This document shows positions 14,478 to 29,000 of a stretch of 64,000 nt of DNA, in pieces. The stretch spans positions 11,346,001 to 11,410,000 of the forward strand of contig JBHGNT010000020.1 of assembly GCA_043228905.1 (NCBI GenBank), given 5' to 3'. The translations under genes were made by a program, and so were the position numbers. Every line of letters starts with the position of its first letter. Position 1 is the first letter of the stretch. Below the pieces are notes generated by a model. The model had not been told where the DNA came from. It searched no databases and worked only from the letters and a program-made list of their open reading frames with translations. The stretch comes from Azolla caroliniana (lineage: Eukaryota > Plantae > Polypodiophyta).

Positions 14478-15017
14478 TGTCATGACACAGTCACATGAAA
14501 TATATAGTTGGTGAGGATTAAACCTACAACCTCACATCAACAAGATGTCATGCTCAACCATTTTGATACGAGCATACAATTTTTGTGTATAATAGTTTAG
14601 TATTCTATAGTCTAGAATATAGTACATTTCAGAATCAGAATATTCTAGTCGTTAGTATATTCGAGAAATATTGTATGGTATATTCTAGACGGGTATATTC
14701 TAGAGATATTTCTCAAGTATATTCTAAATATATTCAATATTGGAACTTGTATAAATACTTGTAAACTCCTTGGTCCCTTTCAAGGGATTCAACACCAGTC
14801 ATTGACACATCAATCTAGTATTCTCATTTCATTCCATATTGTCTCCTTCTTCATCTCCGACTTCATGCTCTCAATAGCTTCCTAAGTTCATAGTCTCATC
14901 ACTCACAACTTTTAGAGTTCCTAGACTCGTCACTTCTAGTTCCACGTTTGTAGTCTTATCAATTGTAGCCTCGTCATCGACGCTCCGTCCTAGTTCATAG
15001 TTGGTGTGTTCGTGATA
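14478..15017 (+). mobile_element. Probable gypsy-type LTR preceded by a PPT
   Basis: AAAGGGGAGGATAA lies immediately before TGTCATGAC. TATAAATA occurs near 14750 and a degenerate CGTGATA end at 15017. A tRNA-like segment lies at 14509-14563 on the minus strand. Confidence 0.5.
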
Positions 15018-15039
15018 GTGTTATTCTAGTGCTTCTTTA

Positions 15040-16130
15040 GTTAGTTCATGAGGTCTTCATCTCTTATTCTTGTTACAAAACATGTTGCTTGGCTACATAA
15101 CGTATCTTTAATCTTGGACTTGGACCAGACTTCCTGTGCCAGAAGCAATAATGGAAAAGAGATTGAGGTCATCAATGCTCCATTATTGTGTACCACTGAG
15201 ACATGTACCCTTATTTTGTCCACTGTCTTGTGCCATATACCTAGCCATTTCAAGGCGCCTTGCGGGTGTGGTTCAAGGTCCTGCGTAGAGGTATCTTGTG
15301 TCTGGGAAGGCTATGATGTAAAGGGCGACACGATTGGGATTCAGAGGCAATGGAGGATTGTGTGATTGTGGAGGTTTTGCGTAAGACATGGGTTTTCCCC
15401 ACCACTTGCCATTCCCTCACATCCTTATTGGGTCGTGGTGGGTGAAACTTTTGATGTCCTATGCTGCCATGGCCTTCAAGGGTCTCCTTGGCAGAATCTT
15501 TAATGATCAAAGTGGGTTTTTTTTTCTTCCAGACACCCCTTATTCCTCCTGAGGGGTCACTCTCATGGGGTAGTTCTTTTTTAGATGACCAAAATTTTTG
15601 CATGCAAAAACATTGCCCCGATGCGCCGATCCCTTTTATTCGTTGTTCAATACACATTCCGTTTTTGTCAGGAATGAGGATCTTGAAAGGAAGCTTGTCG
15701 ATGTCCTGCACCAAAAGGCGTATATAGGGAGGGCGTAGGTGCTTCTTTAACATGTATGCTAACGTTAATTCCTCTTCCAATATCATACTGAAAGAATTTC
15801 CAATAGTAGGAAGTAACATGTTATGTTTCAAGGATAAGTCAAGAAACAACATTGTTACCTTTTTCGTGGAATCATCCTGTTGCGCGGCCTTCTCTGGGTT
15901 AAAACCATGTGACATCCATTTACGCATGAACAACAATGTATTTTGGACCTGGCAGGGGGACATTGATATGAGGTTTGCTGCGGGAACCTTGTCCTCTAGG
16001 ACGATTTGATAGAAACTGTTACCGAGCGGTTGAACTTCCTTAATTCCACCTACTTGTGAATGGTATTTGCCTTGCAGCCTATCTCGAAGTAATCCTCTTT
16101 TTGGGCATTGATCCCACCACGCGGCATATG
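15040..16130 (-). mobile_element. L1-like LINE ORF1 remnant
   Basis: ORF 15250-15963 has a W...F.P / IG..F / RLLV...KLP..I.IP pattern, followed by a frameshifted QCF.C...GH zinc knuckle. This is typical of plant L1 ORF1. Confidence 0.6.
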
Positions 16131-16337
16131 ACCGCTACCTCATTTTGTTTTATTTTATGGGCCAATTGTCTCATGGGTCAATTTTGGTATTAGAAGACAT
16201 TAATATATCCATAGTATGTAATATACTCGAATGCATTGGCAAATATTCTTTTCATACGAATGTAAAAGAATGTGTAAGTTATCAAAACATTCTTATGTTT
16301 TTTTATATTATATACCTTAACTTTCTTACCTTAAAAT

Positions 16338-16890
16338 TAGGGATTGGCAACAGCTCGACTCAAGCCTAAACCGTTTGGCTTAGCCGGCTTAAAGCGACTT
16401 AGCAGCTCGGCTCGGTTTAGGCTTGAACTTGCCTTAACGGTTTGAGCTCGACTCGGCTTGGCTTGAGCCTCGCCAAACCGTTTAAGCCGTTGATAAACTT
16501 TAGAGAGGGGGGAGAGAGAGAATGAGAGAGAGGGAGGGAGAGTGGAGAGAATAGACAAGGGGAAACACAGACAAGGAGAGAGACTACACAGAGGGGGGAG
16601 AGGGAGAGAGAGGGAGAGAGTCGAGACCACAAACGTGAGAGAGAGAGTGGGAGGGAGAGCTTGTACAATGTATAGTATATAGTATATAGTATATAGTGGA
16701 TCATCTGAGAGAGAGAGGGAGGTAGGGAAGTTTCCAAACCGGTTTGGAAATCGGTTTCCAAGCCGTTTACCAAACCGGTTCGGTTCGGTTTGGCTTAGGT
16801 TTGGGATCCCGTAAACGGTTTAGGCTTACCTGGTTTGGCTTGGATCAGGCTAAACCGGCTAAGCCTAAACCGAACCGTTGCCGATCCCTA
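16338..16890 (-). mobile_element. hAT-type MITE, copy 2 (inverted relative to 13442-14203)
   Basis: TIRs TAGGGATTGGCAAC / GTTGCCGATCCCTA. The body is the reverse complement of copy 1. The TSD is not clean. Confidence 0.9.
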
Positions 16891-17064
16891 CAAGTTAAAA
16901 TGTTTTTTACCTTATAATAAATAATGAATACAAAAGTATGGTATTTACCATATTTCACGAGGGTGTTTACCATTCTCGAATGATAAAAACATTCCCGAAT
17001 GCGAATGCACGCATGGTTCATACTATGAATATATCTTTCTTTCTTTCTTTCTCACACAACAGCC

Positions 17065-20000
17065 ATGGCCTGCAAATCAGGGTTTCTATGTACTCTTCGA
17101 TTCTCTCCTCTCGACATGACCAATCACTTGCAAAACAAAAGAAAACTGTGTCTCGCTGCTCCTATTCTTACCACTCGTCTTCGTCGTCCTCCTCATCCTC
17201 GGGTGCGCATATCTGCAGGAATTCAAATCGATCGACACCAATATTTCGAGGATTTGCTCCGGAATCAATCGGTTAGTTAATTAATATGAACGTGCTGATT
17301 CCATTTCTTTTCACGACTGTTTTCTTAGAGGGGGAAATCTACCAAATAAAGGGAACCTCCGAAACTAGCCTGAGTTTTTATGGTTAAACTCCAATCTGTG
17401 AACTATTTTGAGCAATTATATGGTCGATTCATAAACCAATTCCCTCATTCTGGATTTCACCAAGGGTATTTAGGAGAAAAACTTAGGGGCGTTTCAAAGT
17501 TTTTGAGTTTGAGAAGAAGAAGAAAAAGTTTTGCTTCGACTTATAGTTATTGGAATTTACTGAAAAGCCATTTAAATTTTGAAGTTTACCAAATTACCAT
17601 CCATTTATTGCAAGATTTAATAGTCACTGTCAATATGTTATTATTTATGCAAAGAATAATTAATATCCAAATTAACTTAGCTAACCATTCATTAATGCAG
17701 CGTAACCTCTTGCAAAGTATTATTATTGGCAAACCAAAATAATTAAACTTTGATTCCCATATATCATTAGCCATTAAGCTTTAATCCATTAGTATTAAGT
17801 ATGCTTTTCATGAAATAATAGTTTGTTAGTTACTGATTAATTATGGTAAAGTTTGCACTAATTAATTGTGAATAAAATGAATGATCTTGGTACTTAGCAA
17901 AGTTTTAATAAGGTTTGGTAAGCTTTGATAGTTATAATGGTATATTGGTAAATTCTCCTTATTTGCATTCTCATGTATGAAAGGCCAAATTGACCGATGA
18001 CACCAAAACATTTTTACAGATGTATAAAATTGACAAGATTATAGCTCATCATAAATTAGTAAGCAGTCTATAAACAGATTAAAAGCTAAAGTTGATGTGT
18101 GTCCTCAGGATGTCCCTCATTGGATGTTCTAGATCAAAAGGGTTGTGATAGGATTGCTAACAAGTCCCATGATGGGCAACAATGGATTTAACTTTTTGAG
18201 ATATTGAGGTTGTGGATGATGTTCCCAAGTTTGTGGCCAAAGTCTCCAAGATTGTAGACATTTTGTGTGACACAGTGCTGTAGTGGGATAAACATCTGAG
18301 GCAGCATTTGAAATATAGACATTGCTGCCACTAAAAGTATGTAGAAACTGTCAGCATCTAAGAAAAGAAATTGAAAGGGAGGCTGGGCACAAGGACAACT
18401 ATGATATAATCAGACGAATGAAACATTGGATTGCGTCCAAGCCCAATTATTGGAATACGATGATGGTCACCAATCATGCGAAACTGATGACATGAACGAG
18501 AAAGAGGAAAATAAATGTTGAATGGATGTTGTATGTTTAGTGGCTCCAAAATCTACAATCCAGCCACTGGCTTGTGTGGAATGTAGAACGTGATGGATAG
18601 AAACTGAAGGGAAGCACGAGGATTAGGGTTTAGGTCAAGTAGAGAGGGAGAGATGCACACTATCTTGGGTACAAAGAGTGTACCACCTTTTTTTGGGGGT
18701 TTTTAGATATTATTTATATACAAGTCAAAAATGTGCTACGAGTGCGTTCAAACTCATGCACTAATAAAAGGCACGATGGCCCTTTATTCCCAACAACCTC
18801 CCACCTATAGGCAATGTGCCATGAGAAAAAAAGAAGAAGTCAGCTAAGTCCAAGTATGTACAAAACTGAACTACATACATCTATCCAACTCCCATCATCT
18901 GTTGGCAATGAGCAAATCGCTCAGCTGGAAGACCCTTCGTGAGAGGATCTGCAGGATTACTATTTGTATGTACTTTGACAAGCTCAATGTTCTTGCTGTC
19001 AAGTACATCTCTGATGAAGTGATACTTCACCTGTATGTGCTCCGTCTTTGCATGAAAGACAGTATTCCGAGCTAGCATGATAGCACTTTGGCTGTCACAA
19101 TGAAGAATAGGTAACTTTATAATGCCAAGATCTCTCACTAGATATGAAAACCATAAAGCCTCCTTGCATGCTTCAGTGGCAGCAACATACTCTGTCTCTG
19201 TAGTACTCAATGCAACACGCTTTTGTAGTCTGCAGATCCAAGAGACCGTTCCTCTTGTGAAAGTAAACACATACCCAGAGTAGACTTTCTGCAGTCCGTG
19301 TGACCAGCATTGTCCGCATCCGTAAAACCAACGACAGATGCCTTTTACTTTCCAAAGCAAATGCACAAGTCCTTTGTGTCATGAACATCATTGCCAGCAA
19401 TCAACATATCATCAACATACAAAACCAAGATAATCAGGCTGCCATCTCCTGCCTTCTTGGTGTACAAGCAGTGGTCCACTTGACTTCTACGAAAACCTTG
19501 AGATTGCATAAATGTATCACATTTATGATACCATTCTCTTGGTGCTTGTTTCAATCCATACAAACTCCTTTTGAGCTTACAAACCATCTTCTCTTTGCCT
19601 TTAGCCACAAAACCTTCAGGCTGCTGCATATATATGTCTTCATGCAGATCGCCATGTAAAAAGGCAGTCTTCACATCCATCTGTATGAGCTCCGTATCTT
19701 CAACTGTAACTAGGCCCAAAATGGTTCTTAATGTAGTCATCTTAACTACAGGAGAGAAGATCTCATCAAAATCAACTCCATATTCCTGCTTGTATCCTTT
19801 TGCAACCAATCTTGCTTTGTACTTTGGCGAGGAATCAGAAATGACCTTCATTTTATAAACCCATTTGCATGGAAGTGTTTTCTGCCCTTTAGGCAACTGC
19901 ATCAAATCCCAAGTGTCATTTTTCTCAAGAGATTCCATCTCTGACAACATGGCTTTATACCATTTCTTATTGTCCAGTCTGTCCATTGCTTCCTTTAAGC

Positions 20001-23000
20001 AAGCCAGTTCCCCATAATCAGTCACCATGACATAATCAGTCACACTGTTTGCATCAGGAACAAATCTGTCAGGCTGTCTAGTAACTGGAGACAATCTCCT
20101 AACCCAATGCTCATTGTTTGGTAGCTGTTGAGCCTGCAAATCATCATTTTCAACTTGCTGTCCAGGCATTTCAGCCTGCAAATCAGCATTAACAGCTTCC
20201 TGTTCTAGCCGTTCCTGCACATTTGGTGGCTCATCATTATTGACAAAGGCTGGCTGATCATTTCCAGCCTCATTTTCTGCATTTGCAGGTAAGTTTACAG
20301 CAAGTGTTTGCTGCTGTACAGCGGGCACATTTTTCTGTCTAAAAGGTTTATCTTCTTGGAATACAACCCTATGTACTTACTTGGTCTTTTCGGGTTGTTT
20401 ATGCATGCGATTTTCCCGGAAGATAACATCATTGCTGCGTACTATTTTTCTTTTCTCGGTATCCCACAATCTATACCCCATTTCACCCTCGTCGCCGTAT
20501 CCTAGGAAAATACATTTGCAGGACTTTGGCTCAAGTTTATTGCGTTCTTCTTTACAAATGTGCACAAAAGCCTCACAGCCAAACACTCTCAAGTGAGCAT
20601 ATGAAGGTGGCTTGCCCGACCACACTTCTTGGGATATTCCCCCTCCCAAAGACCTATTAGGTGACCGATTAATCAAGTGAACAGCTGTCATAACAGCCTC
20701 TGCCCAAAAACCATGGGGTAACACAACATGAGACAGCATAGTACGGACCTTATCTTGAATAGTCTGATTCATACGCTCTGCAACTCCATTTTGGGGTGGA
20801 TTATAAGGGGCAGTGAGTTCCCTCTTTATCCCTTTGCTGTCACAAAATGCTTGAAAAGCCTTGGACACATTCCCCACCATTGTTAGAGCGAAGACACTTA
20901 AGTGTCTTATCAATTTGATTCTCAACTAATGCCAAGAATGTTCGAAACTTGTCGAGCACTTCATCCTTGCTACGAATAGGGTAAACCCATACCTTCCGTG
21001 TAGCATCATTGACAAAAGTGACTAAGTATTTCTTTCCCCCTAATGATAGCCCTGGCATCTGACATACATCTGAATGTACTAACTCAAGGGGGAAGACTTC
21101 AGCGAAAGAGACCTTTTAAGAGATGTTTGTATATGTTTACCATAAATGCAATGATCACAATGCTCACAATCAGCATAACGAAGACAAGGCAAGTAACCCA
21201 AACGAGAAAGTACTTTATACCAGTTTCACTCATGCGTCCCAACCGGCCATGCCACAAAGAAACACTTGGCTGCTCGGTTATGGCAACAACATGGTCACTC
21301 ACACTAGATACATGGAGAGGATACAAAGTATCACTTTTACTATCCTTGGCAATAACCCTAGATCCCTTACAAATCTTCCATTTCCCATCACCAAAGGTGA
21401 TGTGAAATCCATCGTCATCTAGCTGTCCTATGCTAATCAAACTCTTCTTGAGCTAAGGTACATGCCGTACATGCTGAAGTGTGAAAGCAAAACCATGCTG
21501 AAACTGTAATTGCACAGTGCCAATACCTGCAATTTCACATGCATAGTTGTCCCCAAGATGGACAACACCATGTCGACCCCCCGCGTAATCTGAAAACCAC
21601 TCACGATGAGGGGTGACTTGAAAAGAAGCACCGGGATCGAGTATCCAAGTGTGCATGTCACCATCCATATCTGCAAGTAAAGCATGTTCTCTATGGCATG
21701 AAGAGACAAAGAGTACATAATTTCCACTATCACTGTTATGAGTGACTACATTCACCTCTTCAATTTTAGTATTGCCTTTCCTTGGTTGAATGTCTCTCTT
21801 TTCTTCTATGCAATCATCTATCTTCTTGCCCTTTCCTTTCTCTTTCTTCCATTTGAAACAATCACGTTTTCCTCTTTGTTGTGACCTACCGCTAGTATAA
21901 AACGCACTAGAGGACTTATTGGATGCATTGTTATGTCGACTCATCTCTTCCATGAGTAGAGAACTCTCTACATCGGCATAAAGAAACATCACATTTGAAT
22001 TGCTCACAGCAGTCCTGAAAGTATCCCAACTTTCTGGCAAGGTGCAAAGTAAAAACGTGGCCTTAAAACTCATCATCAATGATGAATTTCAAGGCAATCA
22101 GCTGGCTGAAAATGGAATTGAACTCACTCGGATCATCTTGGTCTATATCTATAGGCTTTACCCCTTTGACTTTAATAGGCTTTGCATGCTTCTTCTGCAA
22201 CACTACTTTTTCCATACTGTAAAGTAATGTGCACCCTCAAGCTTCTTGATGTGCATAAGGTGGCTACTGTCACTATTGCTAGTCATGATTTCTTAGCCCA
22301 AAAGGAGGACCAAAACTTAAGCAAAAAAAACCAAGCCTAGACTCTCACACAAGTGAACTAAGGTACAAACAAGTACCAACCAACAATACATAACCACACT
22401 GAAAATAGAAAATTTCAAATTTCAGATCTGCAAATAAATTTTCAGAGGCAATATCTGTTGTACATGCATTGTCAAAGCCTACTAGATGTTTCTGCTGTAC
22501 AAGGTCAGAATGTGATCTACTCTACAGAAAAGAGACTCTCTGCAGAAAAGAGACTTGCTCTATAGAAAACGTGACCTGCTCTGCAAAGAAAAAAAAAAGA
22601 CCTGCTTTGGAGAAAAACGTGACTTGCTCTAACCTGCTCTGCCCTGATACCAGTTTGAAGGGCAGCACAAGGATTAAGGTTTAGGTCAACCAGAGAGGGA
22701 GAAAGTCCGAGTGAGAGACAAAGGGAGAAAGAAAGAAAGAAAGATGTATTAACGTCTTTTAAGAGGCCAAAATGGCCTATAAGACCGAATAAGAGATTAC
22801 ATCTTAAATGTTTTCTCGTCTTTGAGAACAAATCAAAATAAAGTAAATATTACACAGTAAATATAAAAGTAAATAGGATGAAAAGAAAAGAGACGAGAGA
22901 ATCTGGTTTTTGGCACATGCGAGATTCTCAAGTTAGGTGTATTGTAGCTTTTGTCTTCGAAAGATCTCTATCATAGGTCGATCCAGAATGGAAATGTCTC

Positions 23001-26000
23001 CGAAGCGAGGGAAGTGTTAGGTGTAAAGGCCCGTAGTTCACAAATTAGGTAATTATTCGTATATGTGAACACATTGTTCACTTGGACAGGACACCTCCTT
23101 TTATAATGTGAACACACCACTTTCTATGTAAGGTTAACTAATATAATAACCTTCTTTTTTCTTGTGTACCAATCAAGGCGGTTGGGTACACCAAAGATCT
23201 GTGTGTCTCTACTCTCATCTCTACTACAGTCCTGTTTGCTGAACGTAATCTCCCAATAGCTGATCCGTCAAACATCCCTCTTTACCTTTAGGAAGCACCT
23301 ACGATGGTGGGAGATAATGGCTTTTATTTGTCGATGACAAGGGTGTCGAGGTCGTGGTCCATGGGGCCGGGGCCTACGTGCACGGCAAATTGCCATTGCC
23401 CGATCAATCGTAACCCCTTTGTTATATCCTGGTCTAGATCCCATTTCTGTATCCTGGGGTTGACTTCTAGCATTAGGAGTGATGGAGCTAAAGAAAGTTG
23501 TGATTGTTCTTTGTGGATGAGCTTGTGTGGCTGTAGTCTTCAACAACTTTTCCCGATGTCTCTTGAGCTCGAGCAAGAAAAGTCCTAGGCATCTTTGGTC
23601 CTCATATTCCATTACCTTGCGTAGTGGGCCAAAGCCTTGTTTAAAGAGGCAATGGTATCTCCCTCTGATTTCATAAAAGACACTACAATGACAAACATAG
23701 TGTTCTTCAGATTCCACTCCTTGATGACACAATTGGCAAATTCTCTCTTCTAGAAGTAGTCGTGTATATCTGCCCACCTCAATCTGTAGCTGATGTGATG
23801 AGGTTCGCAGCTGCCCTATCACACTACGCAGCGCATAGGATAGATGTATGTCCATATAAGGTGGCCTTATGACAAATCCATCCTCCGATGTATGTAAGAA
23901 GTGTGTCTTATAGTGGGCCATCTTTGTACCAAGTGCTATTTTGGGGCTGATCCATGTTATCTTGTTTTCCAAGTTAATAATATCAGTTCGGATCACTCTA
24001 TTCTTTTCCACTTTGGTCATATTGAGATGGGGACAGTCCAAGCTATATTGGAACGGGGGTAGTGCATTTATACTCATGCCATGTGACTCGAACCATTGTT
24101 GCATTTCAGCATACCAACAATGAGTGTCTCCATTTTCAGCCAATTGTGTTGATGACATAAGTGCCAACCTTGGGTACCTTCGTTTAGGGAGCTCCCAAAG
24201 ACGTTGGATAAATGTCACTGATCGGAACAATGCCTCGGTTATTATATGTGCTGCTCCCATCTCTGCCCGGATTATATCATGGGGCACCGATGCTTTGCTC
24301 CTTATCATGCGAGCAATCATTGACACTAAAGGTCTCTCTAAATCTTTCCAATGATTTGCCTTGTTAAGACTCGGTCCCCATGTCTCTACTCCATAGAGAA
24401 GAGTTGGTGTGACAAGTTTATCAAACAACCACAGCTTAGTCCGTGGCTCTTGGAATTGCAAATGTGCACATTGTCTTTCGAGAGCACCCAGGGCTGCATA
24501 TCCACGAGAAAGTTGGGCACAAGCGGCCTCCTGTAAGGAGAACCTAGGTCCTGTAAATGTTACTCCTAGGTATGTGTAGGAGCGTGTGTATTCCACCTTT
24601 TCCTCTCTCAAAAAGAATTCTGGAGAGAGAGAGAGAGATGCACACTGTCTTGGGTACAAAGAGTGTACCACTTTTTTTTTTGGTTTTTAGATATTATGTA
24701 TATACAAGTAAAAAATGTGCTACGAGTGCGTTCACGCTCGTGCACTAATAAAAGGCACGATGGCCCTTTATTCCCAACAAAAACTAGGAGTGTGCCATCC
24801 GATGTGGTGCTGATGAGTGATAGAATGGTAGATGGTTGAACAGAGTTTTTGGAACAAGATTCATTAGCCTTCTTTTTCTTTACAAACTCAGATTTATCGT
24901 GCCATAACTAATGACACTAGTAACATTCAATATACTTTTAGTTGGTTTTCCTTTTAGTGGCCCAAAGGAATCAAACGCTTGAATTTGTAGGAGTTTGATG
25001 CTTCATTGCAAAAAGAGGCACAAGTTTCGAGTTTCACTATGAGATAGCATATCTCCTTTTGCAGGAGGGTCAGGTTGACAATTAATGATTGATAGCTAGT
25101 ATCCATTATACAACGAAATTCTAACCAACATCATCCTGGCCATGTGAATCAAAGTTGATTTTCCTACCAGTCGCAATGTTGTCTCTTAATTCTCATATTT
25201 TCCAATCTAGAACACTGATGAAGTTGTATGTCTTTTAATTCTCCTTCCATCTTGAGAACCTCGGCATAGTATTTGCCTTCAGAAATTGTGAAGTTTTCTT
25301 TATCATCTAATTTTTCATCTTTGTTCAGATACTGAACATGGCATTTAAAACATTTCCTTCTGATTTGATGAAATTTGATGTTGTAGGTTGGATTAACTGA
25401 TAATGTAAAGCTTCCATGTGAAATGTATGTTCATTGTGAAGCAGTCAACATAATTTCTGGAACTTTTTCTTACTTTGTTTAAGCATTGAACTTAACTTTG
25501 TGAAATTTTTGTAATGATTTCATGAAAATATCTGCAGTTTGATCTTGCATTCCTATGATTGGTTTCATGTTTTCATGTGATAGTATGTGAAACTATTCTT
25601 GTTTAAACGCGTAACATGTTTTCCAATATATGCTAGATTAACTGAACAACATTTCAGTATGGTAGGAGTCTGAGGCACGAGAAGAAGAAGCAAATCGGGC
25701 ATGTCCTCTCGATTGTGTGCGTGAAGTTCACAATTATAATGAGTTCGAGAAAATCCTAGATGCAGCAGAAGAAGCAAATCAATTGGTATCTCTCCATTGA
25801 TCACTTTGTAAATCTTTTTTTTTCTTTTGATTGTGTTTGAACGAGGTGTTAGAATATATACAATGATCACCTCTGATAACTGACTTACTAAAATTACTTG
25901 TTGTCTTCCACTTTTGAATGGTCCCTATATGAGGAGAAGGTATTGGCGCATTTTGGCTTGATTGCCGAGGAGGTCATGTTGTTAATGTAGATGATTGTGA

Positions 26001-29000
26001 GCTAAGCTCTACCATGGTGGGGGTCTCTAGGGCATTGGAGCAATGCCCTGATACCCTCCCCATCCCAAAAACTATGGGAGAGATTATTTCACAACCATTT
26101 ATGATCATAAAATTACCTCATCCACATTCAAGCAAGAATGCATCAATAGAGTCTCCTTGTATGAAGGCCATTTAAAAGTGCAATTCAACATGTTATCTAA
26201 GTTAGTTATTAGAGGTGATCATTGAGTGTATTCTAACATATAAAACCTTGTCCATGCGAGGAAACCTAAGATTTCTATTACCAGTTGACAGGAAATCTTG
26301 TACATGTGAGGTAACCTAATAGCTCTAATACTAGTTGAAAGGAGCAGAGACCTAGACAAACTAGGTGTAGGTGAATGACAAAGAAAGCAATATTAAACTC
26401 TTTTAAAGATACCAAAAATGACCTATAAGACCGCACAAAAGATTATATCTTAAAATTGTTGTGTTGTCAATGAGAACAACAAACGAGAGTAAATATAACT
26501 AAACATAGGGTACGGGATGTTTTAGCAACTGCATTTCAATACTGGAGCCAACAAGGTATTACTCCAAAGTTTCTTGCTAAGTTTTGGGTTAACCTATGGG
26601 AAAGAAAACAACCATGAAAAATACTTCATTTGCAGTGGCTTCTTGTGCATCGAGCCTTGGTTGTAGGCACATGGCTGCACAAGATGGGCATATCCTCTAA
26701 TTGTGCTCGCTGTCATTTACAAGCTGAATCTCAAAAACATTGTCTATGGGACTACCTTGAGTCTCAATTGGTATGAAAACGTCTCCTAAGGATATTTGCT
26801 AATTCTTCCCCCATTGGTATTCACATGGGGCATGGTGGTTTGGACATCACTTATCTGCTCTATTTTTCACATGATGCTGAGTCTATGGACCATTGTTTTA
26901 GCACTTATTCCGGAATAGTTCATGTACTTCCTTTAGTGTCCATGCAGTTTTTAGGAAGAAAGAAGGAGATGCAACCATTATGGGAGTTATTGAGTAGTAC
27001 CACTATATACTACATCTGGAAGGCTTGTTTGCTCTCTTATTTTTCATCAAGTTAGAGCCTCACCAGTTGAAATAGTACATAATATTTGGCTGGATATGAT
27101 CCATACTTTAAAAGGACAATTGGATTGTGTTAATGGAGATTCAGAAGCTAAAGCTGCGCAGTGTGATTAGTTTCTTACTTTGTGGAACGCTACTCCACTT
27201 ATATCCTTGAAAGATGGTAACCGTTTTTGGCATTTTCAGCCATTAAGATGGCTGTTCCCTCCACTGATTAGTGTTCCTTCAACAGTTGATCAATAAAGAA
27301 CCATTATGACTTTCTTTAGGTCCATCACTCTTTTTCATGTTACATGTCAATCAAGGACTACACAATTGGGGTCTTGATCAAGACACTCAAAAGGGGTTAC
27401 AATAGGCTAGCAATGTGGCATGCGCATTTGCCATGACCATTTGGACCACAGCCACTCCACTCTTGTCATCAACAAATAAAGGCCATTATCACCTAGCACT
27501 GAAGGTGCTTCTGTCACTGTGGAGATCTCTGTCTATCTTGGAGTGGTACATGTTGGAGAATTTTCTAAGGCACAAGTTTCAATCGATTTAGTCTCAGAAT
27601 CTTAAGTGCTTAGATATCTAGATTCTTTGGTTCCCGAGGTTTAGATATCTCAGAATTTTCACTTCTGGATTGGTGTGGAAACTCTTGGTTTGAAGTTAGT
27701 TGTATGTAGAGATACGGCTGCAATTTCTTGTGTTTGTGTAAAGAATTTCTCATCCGACATCAAATATCATATGAAGGCTACATCTAGTTTTTATATTTTT
27801 AGCAAGAGGTTCCAACTTGATAAATTGCATCCACGTGCCATGATTGATAAGATCAATGTGCATAAATGCATATATATTTATATATTTTTATTCAAAATTT
27901 TGTTAAATTTTTTTCTATTGTGGTGTTATGATAAAGTTATTGTTTTGCTGCTAGGTCATGGTTGATTTTTATAGCCCCTCTTGTGGCGCATGTAAATACC
28001 TATTGCCCCAAGTTATCAGATTATGTAAAAAGGTTTGTAATCTTTGCATTTCATTATTAAATCTAAACATGGGAGACTCAAGATTTTGGGTTTGATTTTC
28101 AAAGTTTTTATTTTGTGCATGCTGCAATTAAAGTTTAACTTCTAAATGATGTCAATTCAGGGCTGTGAAGAAAATTGTTCTATTGATGAGATGAGCAAAA
28201 TTGTTTATGTGAAACACAATGTTCGAGATGAATATGATGAGTTGACGGTCAGTATGAAAATTTCTGTCCTGTGTCTTTGTTAGCAACCTGATGTTGAAAA
28301 TTTTCTGAAGTTGTCTAAGAAATTCTGCCTTGTTTTGACCTTTGAAAGTAATCTTCTTCATTTATTCATGTGATCTTTTTTATGCACTTTTATTTTTTAA
28401 AATCTGGAAGTATGCATAGCTAGTGAAGACTTTTTGGGATTTGGACATGGAGACTTAGATGAGGACTCTTTTTTAGACATCATCCCTTCCTAATTATAAT
28501 GCGAACTTAACTAATATCTTATTTCTTCCAGTCACACGGGGACATGGAATGATTAAAGTTGCAGGTGTGGGATTTTCAAGTAGTATTAGAACACGTAGCC
28601 AGAGTAGTGAAAGACAAACTAGTCTGTCTGAATTCAAAATATTGGAACATACAAAGCTATGATCTTGTAATGTTAGTGGACAGCAGCTGTATTAGGGTGT
28701 TGTGATCAAGTGGAGCAAGAAGCTCCCAGCTACTCTTTGAGCTGTCGAAAATAAGTGCTATTATATCTTACATTTGTAAACTCTACACATGCGAGGGTTT
28801 TTTGGTTTGAGCCTCGATTATATATCTTTTCCGTAAAATCAATTGCTTTGTACCCCAAGCTATGAGAATTTGACCTTGGAACTTGTAAATGCCCCAAACT
28901 ATGAGGGTAAATGCCTCATTGGGATATGTGTAGGTGTGATGCATTGATGGTTCTGTCATTCTTCATACCATAATTTCACAATTGTTTTTTGCAAACCCTT

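Noticed and set aside
13442-16890. Composite transposon formed by the two MITEs
   Set aside because: Copy 1 has its own TSD and the outer flanks share none.
18109-18360. Possible extra Trx exon after CCTCAG
   Set aside because: All three frames hit stops within 30 codons, and exon 1 joins 25666 in phase without it.
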